Shown here in pieces: positions 1-8,829 of a stretch of DNA of 64,000 bases. This stretch comes from Candidatus Poseidoniales archaeon (GTDB lineage Archaea > Thermoplasmatota > Poseidoniia > Poseidoniales > Thalassarchaeaceae): assembly GCA_012960975.1 (NCBI GenBank), contig DUAE01000059.1, forward strand, positions 69,760 to 133,759, in the 5' to 3' direction. Under the pieces are notes generated by a model that saw only the letters and a program-made list of their open reading frames with translations, was not told the origin of the DNA and searched no databases. A program made the position numbers and the translations under genes. How positions within the stretch are numbered: position 1 is the first letter of the stretch; each line of letters opens with the position of its first letter.

Positions 1-150
1 GAGGGTGATGTAGGGCAAGTTCAGGTAGAAGCAGGTGGGGCATTGAAAATTTACAATGCGAAATCTGAAGATGGTAATGGAATAGGGACTGGCGATTTCA
101 TTGAAGTGGTCGATGTCATCAGTTCAACCTTAATTGTAAAACGAGTTTGA
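1..150 (+). CDS. NfeD-family protein, C-terminal OB-fold fragment (5' end cut by window edge)
   Basis: Frame 1 is open from the window edge to TGA at 148-150. The translation EGDVGQVQVEAGGALKIYNAKSEDGNGIGTGDFIEVVDVISSTLIVKRV resembles the soluble C-terminal domain of NfeD proteins. It lies directly upstream of an SPFH/flotillin gene, which is the classic NfeD-SPFH pairing. Confidence 0.45.
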   Translation, partial: EGDVGQVQVEAGGALKIYNAKSEDGNGIGTGDFIEVVDVISSTLIVKRV

Positions 151-232
151 ATCTGTATTCCGAACCAATTTTCAGCCTATGCCGGCACAGCATTGATTAG
201 GCCCACTATACTGTTGCGGGTCGGAGTGATTG

Positions 233-1636
233 ATGATGGCTGAAAGTGGTGCTATTTTAACAACGATGATTTTTGCGACAATACTGGTATTGTTCGCTGC
301 TGTGATATTCTTTGCACAGAGATACAAAAGGTGTCCGCCGGACAAGGTAATGGTTGTCTATGGTCGCACCGACAAGGGTAAGGCTAGCCGTACGATTCAC
401 GGTGGCGCCGCCCTTGTATGGCCCCTGATTCAAGACTATGCCTTCCTTTCGTTGACACCAATCACGATTAACATCGATTTGAAAAATGCTCTTTCAATGC
501 AAAACATTCGAATTAACGTACCTTCTACTTTTACCATTGGTGTCTCAACCGAGAGTCACATTATGACCAATGCTGCAGAGCGTTTACTAGGGCTGCAACA
601 GGATCAAATTGAGGAAATGGCGAAAGAGATTATTTTCGGTCAACTACGTTTGACCGTCGCTTCGCTTACTATCGAGCAAATCAATCAAGATCGAGATTCA
701 TTCCTTGATTTGACTCGAAAAAATGTTGACACAGAATTGCAGAAGATTGGATTGTATCTGATCAACGTTAACCTGGTCGACATTACTGATGAGTCCGACT
801 ATATCGAGTCCATCGGTAAGAAAGCAGCTGCAACCGCGGTCGAGAACGCCCGCGTCGACGTTGCTAATGCTGAGAGAGATGGTGCAGTTGGTTCTGCTAA
901 GGCGAACCGAACAAAAGATATCGAGGTTGCAGAGAACCACGCAGCCGCTGAAAAGGGCCGTAAGGCAGCTGAAGCTGACGAGCGTGTTTATGTTGGTCAG
1001 CAAGAGGCACTGGCGATTTCTGGTGAGAACGAAGCGAAAGCTGAAGTTGCTCGGGCAGATGCGGATTTGGCAGAGGCTGAAGCAACTGCAAAACAGCGAG
1101 CAGATGTTGCTACAGCTACTGCTGAAGCGGCAATTCAGCGTGTAAAATATATTGAAGAAGAAGAAAAGTTACGCGCTAGTGACATTGTTCGCGAAAACAT
1201 TCAGAAGCAACAAATTGAAATTGCGTCAGAGGCAGAGGCTGAACGTCAACGCCGAATTGCCCGTGGTGAAGCAGACGCAATTCTATCCATTTACGAAGCC
1301 GAGGCCGCTGGTATTCAGAAGGTTCTCGAGGCGAAGGCAGTAGGTTATGCTGGTCTTGTAGCAAGTTCTGGTGGTGATGCGAAAGCAGCAGCAACATTGC
1401 TAATGGTTGAGAAGATTGAGAGCATGGTCGCAGCTCAAGTCGAAGCAATTCGCAACATGAAGATCGACAAGGTCACTGTGTGGGATGGTGGCAATAATGC
1501 CGATGGTTCTTCTGCAACTAGTAATTTCGTCAGTTCACTCGTTCAAAGCCTGCCTCCAATCCATGATGTGGCAAAGATGGCAGGAGTTGAACTACCAGAC
1601 TATCTCGGTTCAATGAATGATGGCGATACTGAGTAA
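233..1636 (+). CDS. Flotillin-like SPFH/band-7 membrane scaffold protein
   Basis: It has an N-terminal TM helix and an SPFH-like core (VMVVYGR..., ALVWPLIQDY). A long Ala/Glu-rich coiled-coil repeat region typical of flotillin/YqiK follows. The track start at 230 is TTG; the ATG at 233 follows a GGAGTG SD-like motif. Confidence 0.85.
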   Translation: MMAESGAILTTMIFATILVLFAAVIFFAQRYKRCPPDKVMVVYGRTDKGKASRTIHGGAALVWPLIQDYAFLSLTPITINIDLKNALSMQNIRINVPSTFTIGVSTESHIMTNAAERLLGLQQDQIEEMAKEIIFGQLRLTVASLTIEQINQDRDSFLDLTRKNVDTELQKIGLYLINVNLVDITDESDYIESIGKKAAATAVENARVDVANAERDGAVGSAKANRTKDIEVAENHAAAEKGRKAAEADERVYVGQQEALAISGENEAKAEVARADADLAEAEATAKQRADVATATAEAAIQRVKYIEEEEKLRASDIVRENIQKQQIEIASEAEAERQRRIARGEADAILSIYEAEAAGIQKVLEAKAVGYAGLVASSGGDAKAAATLLMVEKIESMVAAQVEAIRNMKIDKVTVWDGGNNADGSSATSNFVSSLVQSLPPIHDVAKMAGVELPDYLGSMNDGDTE

Positions 1637-1691
1637 TTTGGTTTTTGTCTAGAATAGTTACCCTCATGAACGGTCGTCTAATCGGTCGGTT

Positions 1692-2927
1692 ATGAGTGGC
1701 GAAGACGTAGTAATTATTGGTGGAGCAAGGACGCCATTTTGTGAATGGCTCGGTGGGAAGCGCGGTGATGGAGAAACCGGTGGAAGATTAGCATCAGTTA
1801 GCGCTGAACAACTAGGTACTATCGCCATAACTGGCGCATTGGAAAAAACGGGAACTTCTCCGGAATCTGTCGATCATGTCGTAATGGGTCATGCGCTTCA
1901 GACTAGTAATCAAGCGATTTTCGGTGCTCGTCATGCGGGTTTGAATGCTGGAATTCCTCAAAAAGTTCCAATGTTGACGCTTAATCGCCTATGTGGAAGT
2001 GGCGTTCAGTCAATCATATCAGGTGCTCAAATGATTATGCTCGGTGAAGCCGAAGTCGTAGTTTCGGGTGGTATGGAAAATCTCAGTCAAGCACCTCATG
2101 TTTTACGTGGAATGCGAGATACGTACAAACTCGGTCGCCCTCCACGAGAAGGTGATGTATTATCAAAAAATATGGAAGATTACCTATTCACAAACCTGCT
2201 AGATGAAACCTGCAACTCCTTTATGGCTCAAACCAGCGACAAACTTTGTGCTCAGGTCGGAGTGTCCAGAGAAGAGACCGACGCTTTCGCTGTTTTGTCC
2301 CACTCTCGAACTGAGAAGAGCGTTGACAATGGTGTATGGGCAGAAGAAATTGTCAACGTCGAAACAGTAGATGGTCTTGTCACTGCAACTGAAGAAGATC
2401 ACTTCGTTCGTGGAACAACAGAAGAATCATTGAGTGGATTAAGAACACATTTTGGTCCGGATTCACTCGTTACAGCCGGAAATGCATCCGGGGTTGTGGA
2501 TGGGGCAGCAGCAGTCGTCATCAAATCGGCTAGCAGAGCAGAAGCGGACGGTGATGAACCATTAGCTCGAATCGTATCTTGGGGTATAGTCGGACTCGAC
2601 CCCTCAATTATGGCATATGGGCCAGTTCCAAGTAGTCTGAAGGCTCTTGAAAATGCAGAAATGTCAGTTGAAGATATCGATCGTTGGGAAATCAATGAAG
2701 CATTTGCTGGACAAGCAGTCGCGTGCATGAAAGAATTAGGAATTTCTTCAGACATTGTCAATGTAAATGGGGGAGCGGTTGGTCTTGGGCATCCATTATC
2801 TGCTACTGGTAGCCGCCTTGTCCTTACCCTCGCACTCGAGCTAAAACGCAGCGGTGGCAAGTATGGTATCGCTACTGCCTGCATTGGCGGTGGGCAAGGA
2901 ATCGCGCTCATTATCGAGTCAATTTGA
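1692..2927 (+). CDS. Acetyl-CoA C-acetyltransferase (thiolase)
   Basis: The thiolase active-site context NRLCGSGVQS is present. The C-terminal motifs NVNGGAVGLGHPLSATG and ACIGGGQGIA are also present. Length is 411 aa. Confidence 0.9.
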   Translation: MSGEDVVIIGGARTPFCEWLGGKRGDGETGGRLASVSAEQLGTIAITGALEKTGTSPESVDHVVMGHALQTSNQAIFGARHAGLNAGIPQKVPMLTLNRLCGSGVQSIISGAQMIMLGEAEVVVSGGMENLSQAPHVLRGMRDTYKLGRPPREGDVLSKNMEDYLFTNLLDETCNSFMAQTSDKLCAQVGVSREETDAFAVLSHSRTEKSVDNGVWAEEIVNVETVDGLVTATEEDHFVRGTTEESLSGLRTHFGPDSLVTAGNASGVVDGAAAVVIKSASRAEADGDEPLARIVSWGIVGLDPSIMAYGPVPSSLKALENAEMSVEDIDRWEINEAFAGQAVACMKELGISSDIVNVNGGAVGLGHPLSATGSRLVLTLALELKRSGGKYGIATACIGGGQGIALIIESI

Positions 2928-2954
2928 CCGTTATTTTTAATTTCATAGCAGGGG

Positions 2955-2964
2955 TTTAAAAATA
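2955..2964 (+). promoter_or_regulatory. Archaeal TATA-box-like element (TTTAAAAATA) upstream of the first DUF2061 gene
   Basis: TTTAAAAATA lies about 24-33 nt upstream of the ATG at 2988. That spacing implies a leaderless or near-leaderless transcript. Confidence 0.4.
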
Positions 2965-2987
2965 GGGTTCTCGGTACAAATTTTGAT

Positions 2988-3281
2988 ATGATGACTGAAC
3001 ACACAATTACTGAGCACATTGAAGGAGCAGGACACGCAGGCTGGAAACGCAGCCTAGTGAAAACAATAACTTGGAGGACTATCGGAACTATGGACACGAT
3101 TATCATAACGAGACTCGTCACTGGAAGTTGGTTAGCCGGAGCAGCTGTTGGAGGGACCGAATTATTCACCAAGATGTTTCTGTACTACTTCCACGAGCGA
3201 GGTTGGGCAGCGTTAGATTGGGGCCTAGAAGACGTTGATGTAAATGTAGACGTTTTAGTAAAGCCAGGATCTGTTCTTTGA
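2988..3281 (+). CDS. DUF2061-family small membrane protein
   Basis: The sequences KTITWRTIGTMDTIIITRLVTGSW and FLYYFHERGWAALDWG match the DUF2061 pattern. It is a paralog of the next gene. Confidence 0.7.
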   Translation: MMTEHTITEHIEGAGHAGWKRSLVKTITWRTIGTMDTIIITRLVTGSWLAGAAVGGTELFTKMFLYYFHERGWAALDWGLEDVDVNVDVLVKPGSVL

Positions 3282-3528
3282 AATTCTCTCTGATGACACT
3301 TTTGATGGGGTCGCTGTGTAAGAATTGGTAGACATTCCCGATGCAGTTTGAACATGTGTAAACAGACACATGATTGTTTGAGTTAGTGAGCCAAAGTGCA
3401 CACCATTTAGGTGCCCATTACAGTGAATGTCTGAAAATGAATCGCAATCATAATACAACCCTTACAAACCCCGTTTTACAAAAAAAACTGACGCAAAGTG
3501 CATAGGTGAAGTGCCGACCGTCGCGCTC

Positions 3529-3750
3529 ATGCACATGTACACACAACGTAGATTATTTGCTAAAACATTTGTTTGGAGAATCATTGCAACTTTAACCGGT
3601 GCGATAGTAACTTGGTTTCTGACAGGTGAAGTAGAAACAGCAGGTAAATTCATTATGATAGAATTCCCACTTAAGATGTGGTTCTACTATTTACATGAAA
3701 ATGGTTGGCATAACATCGAATGGGGAAAAGAATCAATTCAATCAGAATAA
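3529..3750 (+). CDS. DUF2061-family small membrane protein (second paralog)
   Basis: The sequences KTFVWRIIATLTGAIVTWFLTGE and MWFYYLHENGWHNIEWG parallel the upstream paralog. The track start at 3511 is GTG. The first ATGs are at 3529 and 3535. Confidence 0.65.
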   Translation: MHMYTQRRLFAKTFVWRIIATLTGAIVTWFLTGEVETAGKFIMIEFPLKMWFYYLHENGWHNIEWGKESIQSE

Positions 3751-3770
3751 ACTATTTGAATTGATCAAAT

Positions 3771-4607
3771 TCAACCTAGTAAAATCATTTCTTTGATATC
3801 TATTAGATATCTTACTAGACTCACAAATACTGCGATAATAAACGGATATGTCAGAACTCGCTGAGGAAGCATCTTGATTGCAACCTTTGCACCAACCCAA
3901 GCAGTACCCGCTACTAAAATACAGATTAATATGAGATAGATTCCAAGCGTTTCTATTAATGCAGTTCCTGAACCATCTATTACAAGGTGAGTCAGGATAC
4001 CCATTGGAACCATCCAACTCTCAATAATGTAAGATGTTCCTGCTGCTTGATGTTGCTTATACTTTAGAGTTGAACGGTGTAGAGTAACGAAAATTGCACC
4101 GCCTCCAATACCTAGTAATCCTGATGCTGCCCCACCACCAAAACAGCCAGCGCGGTAGATTTTCAAGACTTTCCCTTCAACTTCTGGTGGTTGATAATCA
4201 CCATTTCCATTGCCATTCAGTTCAGAAGTCAATTTCTTTATTGTTGAGTATAATACCCAAATTAGAAGAAATGTCGCAGCGATTTTAATTGACATATCCC
4301 CAAGTTGATTGATGAAGATGGCTGCTAGAATTGCACCAAAAACTGCACCCATTAAAGCAGCATTTGTGCCCCTTTTCCCAACACTAGCAACAACATATCC
4401 ACCTTTTTCATGGGCAGCCCTGCTACCTAATGACACCATCCAAACGAGGATTAATGAAGTAACCAATGAGAGGTGAATATCCCATTCAAGAATGAATAGG
4501 AAAATTGGTACATAGAGAACCCCGCCACCTAGTCCAAGCGGGGCAAACATGAATGCAGTCATCAAAATTATTATTATTGCAATAATTATCTCAAGTTCCA
4601 TATTCAT
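3771..4607 (-). CDS. TauE/SafE-family (DUF81) anion exporter, sulfite-exporter type
   Basis: It is a polytopic membrane protein with the N-terminal PLGLGGGVLYVPIFLF motif and an internal repeat LLGIGGGAIFV, both typical of TauE/SafE. Its ATG overlaps the stop of the upstream molybdoenzyme gene (ATGA at 4604-4607). Confidence 0.8.
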   Translation of the reverse strand: MNMELEIIIAIIIILMTAFMFAPLGLGGGVLYVPIFLFILEWDIHLSLVTSLILVWMVSLGSRAAHEKGGYVVASVGKRGTNAALMGAVFGAILAAIFINQLGDMSIKIAATFLLIWVLYSTIKKLTSELNGNGNGDYQPPEVEGKVLKIYRAGCFGGGAASGLLGIGGGAIFVTLHRSTLKYKQHQAAGTSYIIESWMVPMGILTHLVIDGSGTALIETLGIYLILICILVAGTAWVGAKVAIKMLPQRVLTYPFIIAVFVSLVRYLIDIKEMILLG

Positions 4608-7336
4608 TCCTCTTTAGTAATGAACCAATGTTCTGGTCGCGGCCCCAATGGACGTTTCATCCATAATGGCCTACGTTCTCCACGTGGATGGGTCTCCCTT
4701 TCTTTAGCCCAATCATTCCACCGTTTATAATACTCAAACGACTTTTGTTGGTCAACCTCAATGTCTCCATACTCTTCGCCTTCTCCCGGGCGGGATAATT
4801 TGACTTTCTGGAGCCAACAATGGGCTCCTGAGATTGGATCTGGTTGTACGGCGTGAGTTATGTTCTGGTGAACCCCTCCGTCCCTCCACCAAATTCGATT
4901 GGTATCTGGGTCATCGGATTTCCACGGCTCGATACCACTGACAGTCCTCATTCGTATTTTGCCGTCACCGTTATCTTCGATGCTGACTGTATTTGTTAGG
5001 AAGCGATTACCAGCATCTTGATTTCGCCGCCACCGGCCAATGTGGTGACTGCAACCAACTACACCCGGTTTGATACCTTCAGTGACCCACACCTTATCGA
5101 CGAACCAGCCGATTTCAGTTTCGATTTTCAGTAAATCACCCTCGGCAACCCCCAGTTTCCTTGCGTCCTTAGGATGAATCCATATTGGATTTTTATGAGC
5201 GATTTCAACCAACCATTTTGCATTGGCTGAACGGGAGTGGATATGCTGTGGAAGGCGGAAATTAGGCAGTAAACAATATTCGTTTTCGCCAACAAGATTT
5301 TCGGGGTGAACATGTGATTTTTGCCTATAATGAGGTATTGAGTGTTCTGGATAGCCGAATTCAATCATGGTTTCAGAATAGAATTCTTGCTTTCCTGAAG
5401 GGGTTGGCCAACCCTCTTCCTCATACTTTTTGTATGTTGATTCTTCGATGAGGAATGCCCCATATTTCCTCATGTATCCTAGGGCGTCAGTACCTTCTTT
5501 TTCTGCGGCTTCAGGAAGGCCCGGAACACGTTCAAAAAGATACTGATAATATTCATCGATAGTAATTTTTTCACCTTCGCGATATGGGCTCATAAAATGC
5601 TTTCGAATCCCCATCGTGCCATCATCTATCCTCCACGATAACTCGTTCCAGAATTCATCTTCTTCCCAAACTTCCCCTGGATTGACTTCGTGAGTAAACT
5701 CGACTTCTCGTCCTTCTCTGCGTGCAAATTCACGCAGAACTGGTTGGCGGAACGCTACCCATTTGCCCGAGGAAGTCGCATAAGAATTGACGTCGTGTCG
5801 CTCAGCTGAATGACCCATTGGTAGAACATAATCAGCAAAGAATGCAGTTTCATTCCATGTTGGAGTCATTGCGATATGGCAGCCAACCGCTTCTTTATCC
5901 TGCAACATTTCCATCCATGAGAATCCATCTGGATAAGTCCAAACCGGATTGAATACACGAGTGAAGTAAACATCCATGCTACCTCGTCCATCTTTGATTA
6001 GGTGAGGTAGGATATGACTCATTTCGAAGTGAGACAGCGTGTATTCTGGTGGGAAATGTAGTTCGTTCCAGCCATCTGGATCTGGTGGATTATCGAAGAG
6101 CTCTGGTTTGAATTTAGACCATGAATTAGGAGATGTACCCCCTTCTGTTCCGACCGATCCTGTCAGGACATTGAGGAAATGAAGTGTACGACTTACTTGC
6201 CAGCCCCCAAGGTTACCGATAGAAGCACTGCGCCAAACATGGGTACACAATCGTGTCCCTGCACTTGCGACAACCTCTCCAACTTCGATTACCTGTTCGA
6301 CTGGGATTCTGCATTCTTCTGCAGCGAATTCAGGTGTATATTCAGCATATTCTTCGACCAGTAATTCGATAAATCTATCGAAATCACAAGGTTCATCTGG
6401 ATGGACAGCTTTCATCCAGGCATCCCAATTGACCTGAGTTTCCATGAATTCACGGTCATATAGGCCGCGCTCAATTATCATTTTCGCCCATGCGAGGAAG
6501 AGTGCCGACTCACTTCCCGGCCAGGTTGGCAGCCAATGATCTGCCATAGCTGCCGTATTAGACAGTCTAGGGTCGATGACGATGAGTTTCGCTCCATCCA
6601 TCATACCTTCTAGGATTCGTTGAGCGTGAGGATTGAAATAATGACCGGTTTCAAGGTGAGAAGAAGTTAGAAGGATGACCTTTGCATTTGTATGATCGGG
6701 ACTTGGTCTGTCGTGTTTATGCCAAAGCGCATATCCTGTTCGCGCTCCTGCCGAACAGATATTCGTGTGTGAATTATGACCGTCTACACCCCAGGCTTTG
6801 AGGACGCGATTCATGAATCCTTCATGACCAGGTCTACCAACGTGATAAACGACTTTATCGACTGCCCCGGTCTTCAAAGAGGTGCGAATTTTAGTTGAAA
6901 TTTCATCCAAGGCCTCATCCCAAGAAATGCGTTCCCAACCGCCTTGACCACGCTCCCCTACTCTTCGCATCGGGTATAATATACGTTCAGTATCCTGAAT
7001 TTGATTAATTGTAGCCGGTCCCTTCGCACAGTTTCTACCCCGGCTTCCAGGATGGTCTGGATTTCCTTCAAATTTGGATACTTGACCTGTTTCTTTGTCG
7101 ACATATGCGAGTAATCCACAAGCGGATTCGCAATTGAAACAAGTTGTTGGTACTAAGGAATATTTTTTCTCAATACGCACTGGCCAAGAATTCGCATCCA
7201 ATTCGATATGATCGTGCCATTCATCAGATGATGGGAATTTTCGGAGAGGTTCTAAATTTCCTTTGGTGACATCACGGTCAAGGTCTGGTATGATTCGCAG
7301 TTTTTGTGCGATACTTTCGATAATTGTCTTTGCCAT
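4604..7336 (-). CDS. Molybdopterin (bis-MGD, DMSO-reductase family) oxidoreductase catalytic subunit, no Tat signal
   Basis: The N-terminal 4Fe-4S motif is CFNCESAC...(27 aa)...C within EGNPDHPGSRGRNCAKG. The protein is about 910 aa. The track ORF extends to 7405 and would overlap the upstream gene. The ATG at 7336 (MAKTIIE) lies 10 nt after the upstream stop and has a GGTGA SD-like motif. Neither N-terminus contains a twin-arginine S/T-R-R-x-F-L-K motif. Confidence 0.85.
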   Translation of the reverse strand: MAKTIIESIAQKLRIIPDLDRDVTKGNLEPLRKFPSSDEWHDHIELDANSWPVRIEKKYSLVPTTCFNCESACGLLAYVDKETGQVSKFEGNPDHPGSRGRNCAKGPATINQIQDTERILYPMRRVGERGQGGWERISWDEALDEISTKIRTSLKTGAVDKVVYHVGRPGHEGFMNRVLKAWGVDGHNSHTNICSAGARTGYALWHKHDRPSPDHTNAKVILLTSSHLETGHYFNPHAQRILEGMMDGAKLIVIDPRLSNTAAMADHWLPTWPGSESALFLAWAKMIIERGLYDREFMETQVNWDAWMKAVHPDEPCDFDRFIELLVEEYAEYTPEFAAEECRIPVEQVIEVGEVVASAGTRLCTHVWRSASIGNLGGWQVSRTLHFLNVLTGSVGTEGGTSPNSWSKFKPELFDNPPDPDGWNELHFPPEYTLSHFEMSHILPHLIKDGRGSMDVYFTRVFNPVWTYPDGFSWMEMLQDKEAVGCHIAMTPTWNETAFFADYVLPMGHSAERHDVNSYATSSGKWVAFRQPVLREFARREGREVEFTHEVNPGEVWEEDEFWNELSWRIDDGTMGIRKHFMSPYREGEKITIDEYYQYLFERVPGLPEAAEKEGTDALGYMRKYGAFLIEESTYKKYEEEGWPTPSGKQEFYSETMIEFGYPEHSIPHYRQKSHVHPENLVGENEYCLLPNFRLPQHIHSRSANAKWLVEIAHKNPIWIHPKDARKLGVAEGDLLKIETEIGWFVDKVWVTEGIKPGVVGCSHHIGRWRRNQDAGNRFLTNTVSIEDNGDGKIRMRTVSGIEPWKSDDPDTNRIWWRDGGVHQNITHAVQPDPISGAHCWLQKVKLSRPGEGEEYGDIEVDQQKSFEYYKRWNDWAKERETHPRGERRPLWMKRPLGPRPEHWFITKEE

Positions 7337-7346
7337 ACCATTCACC

Positions 7347-8774
7347 TCAATGTAGCGTCTCCATCTGAGCACTGCGTAGGTCGTGTAGGATGTGCTTGTA
7401 TCCAAAAGTGAAAATTAGTGCTGCTCCGGCTAGAGCGGCATATTGCAAATATCCTGAGAAGATAAGTAGTAGAGCGGCTGCTCCACCGAAAACCAACATC
7501 TCAATTGAGCCTGTGATGATGATATCTTGATTGGTACGGTTCGCCCATTTCTCGCGCCCCTTTGCTTGCTTGAATAGCCAACCAGTGTAATTCCCGGTCA
7601 ACCAAGCTAGAGGGATCCCAAGAATTGCTAACCACATATGCCAAATTTCGGGCATATCGAGGAAAAATATTCCTAAATGTGCGACCATGATGTTAGCGAA
7701 TGCACCGAGTGTGTATCCTCCTTTCACGAGCCAGGAAGAAAAATTAGGTCGTAAGAGGACATAGATGAACCGCATTGGTTTGTCTAAATCATTGATGAGG
7801 AGTAATCCGGTTAATCCAAGTAATCCTATGCTCGCTACCAACGCGATGAGAATTTCATTGCCGAAATTGATTTCCCCAGTTATCATCGCGAGCATCATCA
7901 GAATGTACAAACCAGCTGCTGTGGATTTGGTCACGAGATACCCTGCAACATCCCAGTCCCAAAGGATGCCTTTTGCCGGTTGGTCATAGGAACGTTTCGG
8001 CTTCCCTGCTTGTTCATCCAAGCGCTCCATGACATCTCGAATAATTGCACGATCTCGTCCTGCTGCTGCTCGTGCCTTTTTCTCGAGAGCTAATTGTACT
8101 ATCATTGAATTTGTATCTGCTGCACCGAGACGTCGGTCAGCATATTTTGCATAATGACCAACTCCTGCTGCTTGATCGGTCCACAGGTATTCGCCGGTTC
8201 GTTCGGTTGCTTTTGGATCTAACATTTCTTCGCTTGTCTCAACATAGAATACATTGGGAATTGCACCCGATTCTGGTTTACGAACTGTTGTTACATGATC
8301 GCGTAAATATCCTGAGATTGAAGAATTTTCATCGTCAAGATCTCCAGAGACAATCGCTTCGGTCGGACAGACGATGACACATGCTGGCTCGTATGAATGT
8401 TCGATTCGATGAGCACAATAATTACATTTAGCAGCAGTGCCTTTGTTAGGGTCGATATATAGGGCATCGTAAGGACAGGCTTGCATGCAAGATTTACATC
8501 CAATACAACGATCATCATCGAAGTCGACGATTCCATCATCTCTTGTGAATAGCGCACTAGTTGGACAAATTGTTGTGCACGGTGAATCTTCGCAATGATT
8601 ACAGCGATGGACACTGAATTCACGAGTAACATCGGGATAAGTTCCAGTTTCGATATACTTTACGTGAGTGCGGTTCACTCCGATAGGGACATCGTGTTCC
8701 GACTTACATGCGACAGTACAAGCATGGCATCCAATACACTTGCGATTGTCGATGACGAAACCGTAATTTACCAT
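7347..8774 (-). CDS. 4Fe-4S ferredoxin subunit (DmsB/PsrB-like) fused to an NrfD/PsrC-like membrane quinone-interacting domain
   Basis: The N-terminal roughly 190 aa carry multiple CxxCxxCxxxCP clusters (CIGCHACTVACK, CNHCEDSPC, CIGCKSCMQACP, CNYCAHR...CPT). The C-terminal half has at least 6 TM helices with NrfD hallmarks (WDWDVAGYLVTKSTAAG and DLDKPMRFIYVLLRPNFSSWLVKG). Confidence 0.8.
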   Translation of the reverse strand: MVNYGFVIDNRKCIGCHACTVACKSEHDVPIGVNRTHVKYIETGTYPDVTREFSVHRCNHCEDSPCTTICPTSALFTRDDGIVDFDDDRCIGCKSCMQACPYDALYIDPNKGTAAKCNYCAHRIEHSYEPACVIVCPTEAIVSGDLDDENSSISGYLRDHVTTVRKPESGAIPNVFYVETSEEMLDPKATERTGEYLWTDQAAGVGHYAKYADRRLGAADTNSMIVQLALEKKARAAAGRDRAIIRDVMERLDEQAGKPKRSYDQPAKGILWDWDVAGYLVTKSTAAGLYILMMLAMITGEINFGNEILIALVASIGLLGLTGLLLINDLDKPMRFIYVLLRPNFSSWLVKGGYTLGAFANIMVAHLGIFFLDMPEIWHMWLAILGIPLAWLTGNYTGWLFKQAKGREKWANRTNQDIIITGSIEMLVFGGAAALLLIFSGYLQYAALAGAALIFTFGYKHILHDLRSAQMETLH

Positions 8775-8829
8775 TTATCAAATTCTCCTTAATTTTGATT
8801 TAACTATCTTTTCCCATTAGTCAAATAGA

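Noticed and set aside
698-1448. A cluster of overlapping ORFs on both strands inside the flotillin gene (698..1003 -, 789..1145 +, 897..1091 -, 1152..1343 +, 1176..1448 -).
   Set aside because: They are shadow ORFs generated by the GCN/GAR-rich Ala/Glu coiled-coil coding repeat. The flotillin frame has clear family motifs and the others have none.
2399-3172. The 257-aa minus-strand ORF antisense to the thiolase 3' half and the first DUF2061 gene.
   Set aside because: It is fully overlapped by two well-supported plus-strand genes. Its translation is Pro/Ser/Ala/Thr-rich with no motifs.
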